A DNA stretch of 64,000 nt, taken from Candidatus Latescibacterota bacterium (GTDB taxonomy: Bacteria > Latescibacterota > UBA2968 > UBA8231). Position 1 is the stretch's first letter; the number at the start of each line of letters is the position of its first letter. Below, in pieces: positions 56,804 to 64,000 of this stretch. The stretch is from NCBI GenBank assembly GCA_965204725.1, contig OZ242005.1:640001-704000 (forward strand), in the 5' to 3' direction. The translations under genes and the position numbers were made by a program. Below the pieces are notes generated by a model that saw only the letters and a program-made list of their open reading frames with translations, was not told the DNA's origin and did no database searches.

Positions 56804-57729
56804 TCCGCTCCTTTGGCGGCGGCGATTTCTCCAGCGGTCCCCGCCAAGGCGACCGCCAGCTTGGGCGCGGTGCGACGCCCCAACCCCCTTAGCACGGCCC
56901 CCGGCCCCACTTCAAAAGCGCGGCTAATGCCCATGGCCGCCAGCCGCTGCACGGTCGCGCTCCAGCGAACCGGGCTCGTCATCTGCTCAATTAGGTGCGA
57001 CCGCAACGTTTCGGGGTCTTGCACGGGCGCGGCCGAGACATTGGTCAACACCGGCACATGCGGCCGCGCAAAGGGCACGGCCCGCAACAGCGGCTCGATC
57101 TGCTCGGCCGCCGATTCCATAAGCGGCGAGTGAAAAGCCCCACTGACGGCCAATTCGACGACGCGCCGAGTGCCGGCTTGGGTGGCCAACTCCCGCACCC
57201 GCGCCACCGCGGCCCGCTCACCCGACACTACGACTTGGCCCGGCGCGTTGAAATTGGCGGGAACGACAATCCCCACCTCGGCTGCTTGTTGGCACAACGC
57301 TGCGACGTGGTCGTCGTCCAACCCGATCACCGCCCCCATCGTCCCCGGCCGCGCCCGGCCGGCTTCCTGCATCAACCGGCCGCGCGTACCCACGAGCGTC
57401 AGAGCCTCCGCAAAGGGGAGCACACCGGCCGCCACCAGCGCCGAGTATTCCCCGAGACTGTGTCCGGCTACGGCCACAGGCTGTGGCCCGGCCGCGGCGA
57501 GCAACTCGCCAACGGCCACGCTGTGGACGAAGACGGCCGGCTGCGTAATGTGGGTTTGCGCCAGTTGCTCGGCCGGCCCCTCAAAGCAAAGCGCGCTGAG
57601 CGCAAAGCCCAGCACCTCGTCGGCCTCGGCAAAGCGCGCCCGCACTGACCCGTACCGCTCGCAGAGGTCGCGGGCCATGCCCACCGCCTGCGAACCCTGC
57701 CCCGGAAACAAAAAGGCGCGGCCCCCCAT
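56800..57729 (-). CDS. fabD: Malonyl-CoA:ACP transacylase
   Basis: FPGQGSQ, GHSLGEY, AFHS. Confidence 0.95.
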   Translation of the reverse strand: MGGRAFLFPGQGSQAVGMARDLCERYGSVRARFAEADEVLGFALSALCFEGPAEQLAQTHITQPAVFVHSVAVGELLAAAGPQPVAVAGHSLGEYSALVAAGVLPFAEALTLVGTRGRLMQEAGRARPGTMGAVIGLDDDHVAALCQQAAEVGIVVPANFNAPGQVVVSGERAAVARVRELATQAGTRRVVELAVSGAFHSPLMESAAEQIEPLLRAVPFARPHVPVLTNVSAAPVQDPETLRSHLIEQMTSPVRWSATVQRLAAMGISRAFEVGPGAVLRGLGRRTAPKLAVALAGTAGEIAAAKGAE

Positions 57730-57730
57730 C

Positions 57731-58735
57731 TCAGGCCCCCCAGCGAAACAGGACGCTGCCCCAAGTGAGGCCGCCGCCGACGCCGGTCATTAGCACCAAA
57801 TCGCCGCGCTCCAGCCGACCTTGGTCCACGGCTTCGGCCAAGGCAATCGGGATCGTCGCGGCCGTGGTGTTGGCGTAGCGGTCGATGTTGATCATCACCT
57901 TTTCCGGGGGGAGCTTCATGCGCTCGGCCGCGGCGTCAATGATGCGCTTGTTGGCTTGATGGGGCACGAAGAGCTTGAGGTCGTCGCCCGTAAGACCATT
58001 GCGCTTTAGCAGGCTGGCGGACACTTCGGCCATTTTTTCCACGGCGAACCGGAAGACCGCCCGCCCCTCTTGGCGGATGTAGTGCATGCGCTGATCGACC
58101 GTGTCGTGCGAAGGAGGATGCAGGCTGCCGCCGCCTTTGATGTGCAGACATTCGACCGCGGCCCCGTCGGCGTATAGCTCAAAGTCAATCATGCCCGCTT
58201 GGTCTTCGCTGCGCTCGAGCAACACCCCACCCGCCCCATCGCCAAAGAGCACGCACGTCGTGCGGTCCTCAAAGTCGAGGATGCTGCTCATCTTGTCGGC
58301 GCCGATGACCATCACCCGGCGATGCGTACCGCTTTCGATGAATTGCGCTCCGGTCGCCACGGCAAAGACAAAGCCGGAGCACGCGGCCGACAGGTCGTAG
58401 GCCCAGACCCGGTTGGCCCCAATGGCGTGCTGCACCAAGCAGGCCGTCGCCGGAAAGATCATGTCTGGAGTAATGGTCGCGACGATGATCAGGTCGAGGC
58501 TGGCCGCGGCGATTCCACGCCGGGCCAAGAGCGTGCGAGCGACCGCGTTGGCCATGGTGGAGGTCGGCTCGTCGGCCCGTAGGAAGCGCCGCTCGGCAAT
58601 GCCGGTGCGCGTGCGGATCCACTCATCCGAGGTGCTTACCAGCCGCTCCATGTCGGCGTTGGCGACCACCCGGTCGGGCAGGAAGTGCGCCGTTGCCGTA
58701 ATGGCCGCGCGAAATTTTTTTTCCTCTTCAGCCAC
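57731..58735 (-). CDS. fabH: 3-oxoacyl-ACP synthase III
   Basis: AACSGF, FGDGAG, HQANKRI, NT. Confidence 0.95.
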   Translation of the reverse strand: MAEEEKKFRAAITATAHFLPDRVVANADMERLVSTSDEWIRTRTGIAERRFLRADEPTSTMANAVARTLLARRGIAAASLDLIIVATITPDMIFPATACLVQHAIGANRVWAYDLSAACSGFVFAVATGAQFIESGTHRRVMVIGADKMSSILDFEDRTTCVLFGDGAGGVLLERSEDQAGMIDFELYADGAAVECLHIKGGGSLHPPSHDTVDQRMHYIRQEGRAVFRFAVEKMAEVSASLLKRNGLTGDDLKLFVPHQANKRIIDAAAERMKLPPEKVMINIDRYANTTAATIPIALAEAVDQGRLERGDLVLMTGVGGGLTWGSVLFRWGA

Positions 58736-58757
58736 GCAGTCTCAGGCCCCGAGCAGC

Positions 58758-58940
58758 TTACACTTCAGGCTCGATGTATTCGCGGCCTCGATAGAATCCG
58801 CAGCTCGGGCAGACGCGATGGGGCAAGGCGGGCTGTCCGCAGTGGGAGCAAGTAGTCCTCGCCGCGGCCTTGATCTTCCAGTGAGTGCGCCGCTTGTCGC
58901 GGCGGGTGCGCGAAATTCTCCTCTTCGGTACTGCAGCCAC
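58758..58940 (-). CDS. rpmF: 50S ribosomal protein L32
   Basis: AVPKRRIS...CxxC...PHRVCxxCGFY. Confidence 0.95.
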   Translation of the reverse strand: MAAVPKRRISRTRRDKRRTHWKIKAAARTTCSHCGQPALPHRVCPSCGFYRGREYIEPEV

Positions 58941-58952
58941 GGGGAACTCCTC

Positions 58953-59492
58953 TCAAGAACCTTCTTTGGGTTGCGAAAAATCGATCTGCGCGAGGACCGC
59001 CCAACGCGGGTCGGCCCCGCTCGCCGCTGCGGCGGTGGGTTCGTCGGCTCCGTCCACTCCGCAGGATGGGCACCGCCCATCGTCGTCTGGGGTGGGTATG
59101 CGCATGGGCAAGTCCAAGATCACGGCTTCGCGGAGGTACGCACACAAATCGATCTCGCGCGTCCCGGGATCGACGATCTCGATGTACCCGTCTGCTTCGG
59201 CCGACGCCAACTCTTCGGGGGTCGCTCGGCGGCGCTGCAAGAGCAAGCGAAACCGCGCCGCGATCTCTTCTTGCACTTGGTTCAGGCAGCGATAGCACTC
59301 GCCGGCAATGCGGCAAGTGACGACGCCATCGAGCCGGAAGTTGTCGAGGGTGCGCCGCACCTCAACGCGGGCTTCAATCGGCGCGGGAAAGGCGAAAAAC
59401 TCGTCTTTTAGCTCCAGTTGCTCCGCGCGCAATTCAAAGGCGAGTGCATTGGGGCCTTCTACGAGGTCGTCGAGTACGAGCAAGGCACTCAT
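58953..59492 (-). CDS. DUF177/YceD-family protein
   Basis: CYRCL, IDL...REA, CPSCG, DPRWA; upstream of rpmF; start MSALL at 59492. Confidence 0.88.
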   Translation of the reverse strand: MSALLVLDDLVEGPNALAFELRAEQLELKDEFFAFPAPIEARVEVRRTLDNFRLDGVVTCRIAGECYRCLNQVQEEIAARFRLLLQRRRATPEELASAEADGYIEIVDPGTREIDLCAYLREAVILDLPMRIPTPDDDGRCPSCGVDGADEPTAAAASGADPRWAVLAQIDFSQPKEGS

Positions 59493-59499
59493 GGCGCGT

Positions 59500-59901
59500 T
59501 CAGTCGGCAAAGAAAAACGCGATCTCAGACTCGGCGTTGACCGTTGAGTCCGAGGCGTGGACGGCGTTGCATTGCACGTCCGTGCCAAAGTCGCCGCGAA
59601 TCGTGCCCGCCGGGGCTTCTAGGCTGTTGGTCGGGCCGATGAAATCGCGCAGGTACGCCACGGCGTTGGCGCGTTCTAGCACCATGGGCACCACCGGCCC
59701 CGAGGTCATAAATTCCACTAGTTCGCCGTAGAAAGGCCGCTCCCGATGCACGGCGTAGAAGGCCCGCGCCTGCTCTGCGGATAGCTCAACCATGCGCAGC
59801 GCGCGCACGAAAAACCCCGCGCCCTCAACGCGGGCCATAATCGAGCCGATGGCGTTTTTGGCGACCGCATCGGGCTTGATGATCATCAACGTGCGTTCCA
59901 T
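59500..59901 (-). CDS. ndk: Nucleoside diphosphate kinase
   Basis: [25 protein letters not shown]. Confidence 0.96.
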   Translation of the reverse strand: MERTLMIIKPDAVAKNAIGSIMARVEGAGFFVRALRMVELSAEQARAFYAVHRERPFYGELVEFMTSGPVVPMVLERANAVAYLRDFIGPTNSLEAPAGTIRGDFGTDVQCNAVHASDSTVNAESEIAFFFAD

Positions 59902-59943
59902 AGTTTTTCAGCGAGTGTATCCCATAGTCAAACAAAATTTTTT

Positions 59944-59972
59944 AAGATAGGAGCCAATTTGTCTTGTGTCAA
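59944..59972 (-). promoter_or_regulatory. Sigma70-type promoter of the ndk-rpmF-fab operon
   Basis: Minus strand TTGACA (59972-59967), 17 bp, TATCTT (59949-59944). Confidence 0.65.
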
Positions 59973-60035
59973 TGGACGCCGCGCACGACAAAATGCCCTA
60001 AGTATCGATTCCATAAAGGGTTCGGCTCGCATTTC

Positions 60036-60064
60036 TTGACAGGGTAACAGGCCCCCCCTAGATT
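60036..60064 (+). promoter_or_regulatory. Sigma70-type promoter of the HD gene
   Basis: TTGACA (60036-60041), 17 bp, TAGATT (60059-60064). Confidence 0.65.
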
Positions 60065-60075
60065 GGCCCAACCTG

Positions 60076-61419
60076 ATGGATCATCCACTTTTAGCCGAAG
60101 AAGGCAAGGTCATTCGCGACCCGGTTTGGGGCTATATCCACTTCCCCGATCCCGTCCTCGCGCTCGTCGATACCCGGGCCTTTCAGCGCCTGCGCAACAT
60201 CACCCAGCTCGGCTACGTGCATCTGGTGTATCCGGGGGCGCACCACTCGCGCTTTGAGCACTCGCTCGGCGTCTATCACTTGGCCAAGCAGTTTTTGGCT
60301 CGGCTCCTCGACTCAGACCCGCCCCTCGTGCTCAGCGACGAGGATGTGCGCGTCTTTATCGCCGCCACCTTGCTCCACGACATCGGGCACTACCCCTTCT
60401 CGCACACCCTCGAAGAGCTAAGGCCCTTTTTCATTCGGCACGAAGAAGGGGCGAGGCAGATCATTGAGGACCAAGATGGCGAGCTCTACCAGACGCTCGC
60501 CGATAAGTTCGAGATTGACCCGGCGCGGGTAGCCAACGTCATCGACTACGAGAGCAGCGGCCACGCGATTTCCCCCGAGGATCGGCTGCTGGCCAACATC
60601 CTCAGCAACACCCTCGACCCCGACAAAATCGACTATCTCTTGCGCGATTCCATGTTCTGCGGCGTCCCCTTCGGCGAGAGCGTCAACCGCGACCGCCTGA
60701 TCGCCTCCATCCAGTTCGACCCGCAGGGCCAGCGGCTAGCCATCACCAGCAAAGGCGTCTCGGCCGTCGAGGCCCTAGTTTTTACCAACTATCAGATGTA
60801 CCGCAACGTGTACTGGCATCACGGGGTGCGTGCGGCGTCGGCCATGTTCAAGCGCGCCGTGCAAGAGATCCTCCTCCACCCGCACAACCAGCTCGACTTC
60901 TCCGACTTTCACCACCTCACCGAGAGCGGGCTGCTCGCTCGCCTCCAGCGCGAGCAGGAGCGCTTAGGGTTAGCCACCTCCGCCCAGCTCCTCGAGGGTA
61001 CGATCCACCGCCGCCTCTACAAGGTCGGGGCCGTCATTCACTCGAGCGAGCGCACTCAGCCTCTGATGCGCCACCTCGATTTCCTCTTCCGCCATCCCTA
61101 CAAGCGCCGCGCCAAGGAAATTGAGCTTTGCCAAGTTTTCGGCCAGCGGCTCGGCCGGCCGCTCCAAGGCCACGAAATTCTCATCGACATCCCCAGCTTC
61201 AACAAGACGCCCGAATTCGATCTCCGGGTCTTCTACGGTCGCCCGCTTCCCGCCGACGAGGCCGCCCCCCGAACCTTTGCCGATCCAGAGGTTTCCCGCC
61301 TGCGCGACTCGCTGCTGCACAACTTTGAGGACCAAGCCAAAATTTTCCGCATCTTCTGCATTGACGATCCCGACCTGCGGGCACTAGTCGGCAAAGAGGC
61401 CAAGCAGCACCTCAGTTGA
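60076..61419 (+). CDS. HD-domain phosphohydrolase (SAMHD1/dNTPase-like)
   Basis: FQRLR..QLG, HSRFEHSLG, LHDIGHYPFSH, DKIDYL.RD, VYWH. Confidence 0.88.
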   Translation: MDHPLLAEEGKVIRDPVWGYIHFPDPVLALVDTRAFQRLRNITQLGYVHLVYPGAHHSRFEHSLGVYHLAKQFLARLLDSDPPLVLSDEDVRVFIAATLLHDIGHYPFSHTLEELRPFFIRHEEGARQIIEDQDGELYQTLADKFEIDPARVANVIDYESSGHAISPEDRLLANILSNTLDPDKIDYLLRDSMFCGVPFGESVNRDRLIASIQFDPQGQRLAITSKGVSAVEALVFTNYQMYRNVYWHHGVRAASAMFKRAVQEILLHPHNQLDFSDFHHLTESGLLARLQREQERLGLATSAQLLEGTIHRRLYKVGAVIHSSERTQPLMRHLDFLFRHPYKRRAKEIELCQVFGQRLGRPLQGHEILIDIPSFNKTPEFDLRVFYGRPLPADEAAPRTFADPEVSRLRDSLLHNFEDQAKIFRIFCIDDPDLRALVGKEAKQHLS

Positions 61420-61452
61420 CGCGCTGAATGCCCTATTGCGAGGAGGTATCCG

Positions 61453-63483
61453 ATGATACGCTCGATTGCCGCCGCATTCACAGCAGCATGGTCGATCTTT
61501 GGAGTGCAAAGCGGCTACGGACAGCCGCCGAGTGAGGAGGGGAAGATATACTGGACGAACTCGGCGTCGGGCATCTATCGGTCCGGCCTAGACGGCTCCA
61601 ACGTCGAACGGATCGTCATCCCGGATTTGAGGCGTCCAGACAACATCGCTCTCGATGTAGCAGGGGGGAAGATGTACTGGACGGGTAGAGGAGGTCGTAT
61701 CTATTGTTCCAATCTCGACGGGTCCAACGTCGAAACCCTTATAGACTGGAGATGGGGAGGGAGGTCAGCAGACCTTGCCTTAGATATAGCTGAAGGTAAG
61801 ATCTACTGGATTCAGGGTTGCCTTGTGCGGGCGAACCTAGATGGCTCCAACATCGAGGAACTCTCATTCAATGGTGATTCTATTATACCGGGTATTGCTC
61901 TGGACTTAGTCAGAGGCAAAGTGTATTGGACCGATCTAGGCGCGATTGAGCGGGCGGACTTGGATGGAAAAAACCGCGAAATCGTCGTAGGAAGCTATCT
62001 CAATAATGTGGATCTTTACGATCTCGCCCTTGATGTGGATGGCGGCAAGATATACTGGACCGATAGCAAAGGTTCAATTCTACGGGCGGACTTGGATGGC
62101 GAAAACGGCGAAGAAATTCTCACGGGGCTAGCATATCCTCGTGCAAGAATCGCCCTCGATGTGGAGGGGGGCAAGATATACTGGACAGACTGGACCGCCT
62201 CGGAGAAGGGGACTTTTCATAGGGCTAATTTGGACGGAACCAATATCGAATACCTGATGGGATGGGAAAGGGCAACCGGCTTCGCTCTCGACCCAGAGGG
62301 GAGAAAAATGTACTGGACTGATGTCAAGGGAGCGACGCACCGGGCAAACATAGACGGTTCTAACATCGAACACCTCTTTGCTCCAGCATTGAGGGAGCCA
62401 TACGGCATTGCTTTGGACCCGGTCAGAGGAAAGATGTACTGGACCGACTTCGGGTTGGGTTCCATCCATCAAGCGAACTTAGATGGTTCTAACCGCAGGT
62501 CATGGATCACAGGATTAGCTCGTCCTAGGGGCATCCTGCTAGCCGGCGACAAGCTCTACTGGGCGGATTCGGGAACGGGAAAAATTCAGGCGGCGAACGT
62601 AGATGGCTCGCAGATCGAAGAAATCGTCACAGGGCTGGATAGGCTGAATGCCATCGCCTTGGACCAGGATAGGGCCAAAATCTACTGGGTAGAAGCCGCC
62701 GCCATTCAACGGTCCAACTTAGATGGCTCGCAGCTCGAAGAAATCGCAACCGTGCATTCTTCCTTGGGCATCGCCTTGGACCAAGATAGGGGCAAAATAT
62801 ACTATACGAATCTCGATACCGTCTCCCGCGCCAACTTGGACGGCTCACACATCGAAAATATCGCCATTGCTCATTATCAGCAGGCGACAGGGGGGGGGTG
62901 GAACGAAGCTATCGCCTTAGATCCCATTGGGAGAAAGATATACTGGACAGCACTGCATATCGGGCACAGCAACAGTGATCCGTTTGATAGGGATGTTCAT
63001 TCGGAAATTTTCCGATCCAACTTGGACGGCTCCAATGTCGAGCAAATCCAATCCATGCGTACAGGGTGGCTCTCGGGGCCTACCGGCATCGCCCTAACCC
63101 AGCGCGCTGTCTCAAACATCTGGCTCTCGGCCCCCACCGGCATCGCCCTATACATCCCCCACCCGACCTCGGTCTCAACGCCTAGCACCACGCCAGCGAT
63201 ACCAACCACCAGCGGCCTAGACCCCAATTTCCCCAACCCCTTCAACGCCCACACTCAGATCGCCTACCGCCTCGCCGCGCCCGGCCCGGTGCGCCTAGCA
63301 ATCTACAATGTCTTAGGCCAACCCGTGCGTGTGCTGGTAAACCAGTTCCAACCCGCCGGCTTCTACCAAATCCCTTGGGACGCCCGCGACCAACAGGGCA
63401 CTGAGGTGGCGGCTGGCGTCTATCTCACGCGCCTGCGCCACCCCGATGGAACACAGACCCGGCGGTTGCTCTATCTCAAGTAG
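61453..63483 (+). CDS. Secreted YWTD/LDL-receptor class B repeat (DUF5050-like) protein with FlgD/T9SS-like C-terminal domain
   Basis: Signal peptide; about 12 IALD...K(I/M)YWTD...RANLDGS repeats; PNFPNPFN...IYNVLGQ.VR...WDARD...GVY tail. Confidence 0.85.
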   Translation: MIRSIAAAFTAAWSIFGVQSGYGQPPSEEGKIYWTNSASGIYRSGLDGSNVERIVIPDLRRPDNIALDVAGGKMYWTGRGGRIYCSNLDGSNVETLIDWRWGGRSADLALDIAEGKIYWIQGCLVRANLDGSNIEELSFNGDSIIPGIALDLVRGKVYWTDLGAIERADLDGKNREIVVGSYLNNVDLYDLALDVDGGKIYWTDSKGSILRADLDGENGEEILTGLAYPRARIALDVEGGKIYWTDWTASEKGTFHRANLDGTNIEYLMGWERATGFALDPEGRKMYWTDVKGATHRANIDGSNIEHLFAPALREPYGIALDPVRGKMYWTDFGLGSIHQANLDGSNRRSWITGLARPRGILLAGDKLYWADSGTGKIQAANVDGSQIEEIVTGLDRLNAIALDQDRAKIYWVEAAAIQRSNLDGSQLEEIATVHSSLGIALDQDRGKIYYTNLDTVSRANLDGSHIENIAIAHYQQATGGGWNEAIALDPIGRKIYWTALHIGHSNSDPFDRDVHSEIFRSNLDGSNVEQIQSMRTGWLSGPTGIALTQRAVSNIWLSAPTGIALYIPHPTSVSTPSTTPAIPTTSGLDPNFPNPFNAHTQIAYRLAAPGPVRLAIYNVLGQPVRVLVNQFQPAGFYQIPWDARDQQGTEVAAGVYLTRLRHPDGTQTRRLLYLK

Positions 63484-63559
63484 CCAGCCGAAAGCGACGC
63501 CTATTTCTTGCCGATCTAATATCTGATGTTAAATTTGCAAGAAATAGGTCTCGCATAAT

Positions 63560-64000
63560 ATGCCCTATCTCAAGCGCCATTTGACGCAAACCATCCTCCG
63601 AGCCGCGGCAACCTTTCCCGCCGTGCTGATCACCGGCGCGCGGCAGACGGGTAAAACCACCCTGCTGCGCCGAGAATTCGGTGCTTCCCATCGCTACCTC
63701 TCGCTCGAACGCCCCGACATCCGGGCGCGTGCCCAAGCCGATCCAGTCGCCTTCCTCGCCGAGGCCGCCCCGCCAGCGATCCTCGACGAGATCCAGTACG
63801 CGCCGGACCTGCTCCACTACATCAAGGAGGATATCGACGCCAACCGCTTTCCCGGCCGCTGGCTCCTAACCGGCTCGCAGCACTTCGCGCTCATGGACGG
63901 CCTCAGCCAAACCCTCTCGGGGCGCGTCGCTGTCCTGACCTTGGACCCGCTCTCCACAGCCGAAGTCGAACAACAACCCGCGCCGTCCAATATGGATGTC
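63560..64000 (+). CDS. AAA_14/DUF4143-type ATPase (truncated by window edge)
   Basis: Own translation: MPYLKR...ITGARQTGKTT...ILDEIQY...LTGSQ...LSGR. Confidence 0.85.
   Translation, partial: MPYLKRHLTQTILRAAATFPAVLITGARQTGKTTLLRREFGASHRYLSLERPDIRARAQADPVAFLAEAAPPAILDEIQYAPDLLHYIKEDIDANRFPGRWLLTGSQHFALMDGLSQTLSGRVAVLTLDPLSTAEVEQQPAPSNMDV

Noticed and set aside
1-64000. tRNA, rRNA, transposase or prophage genes
   Set aside because: None recognised; intergenic gaps are short and lack cloverleaf or rRNA signatures.

Overview
GC-rich bacterial chromosomal window, almost all genes on the minus strand. Gene content (YWTD-repeat protein with a FlgD/T9SS-like tail, DUF6785 membrane protein, TonB receptor with a carboxypeptidase-like N-domain, many TA/RM cassettes) suggests an FCB-superphylum bacterium such as Latescibacterota/Gemmatimonadota, possibly a sponge symbiont; this is inference. 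Five blocks. (1) 1-8.2 kb: a decaying type I R-M/defence island in which several genes are collapsed to start+end scars (hsdM tail, PemK-like toxin, DUF6978-like gene, hsdS TRD1), and hsdS carries an in-frame DUF559 nuclease bounded by inverted palindromes. (2) 8.2-13 kb: a DUF6785 membrane protein and a single-chain type IIG-like R-M enzyme. (3) 13-23.6 kb: an N-methylglutamate (methylamine) cluster mgsABC-gmaS-mgdABC, interrupted by a KpnI-like R-M pair and an orphan hicB, with no mgdD. (4) 26-40.7 kb: seven tandem, mosaic GT-C (ArnT/PMT-like) membrane glycosyltransferase paralogues with hypervariable extracytoplasmic loops and a conserved unnamed C-terminal domain; the spacers hold two MITEs whose empty sites are also visible in the window. 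(5) 40.9-64 kb: TonB receptor, NAD(P)-binding enzymes, hicA plus a HicB-PIN-like fusion, and housekeeping genes (nadK, PPIase, ABC ATPases, rnc, fabF-acpP-fabG-fabD-fabH-rpmF, ndk), then an HD hydrolase, the YWTD protein and a partial AAA ATPase. I found no rRNA, tRNA, CRISPR array or transposase. All family assignments come from motif recognition and recall, not database searches.
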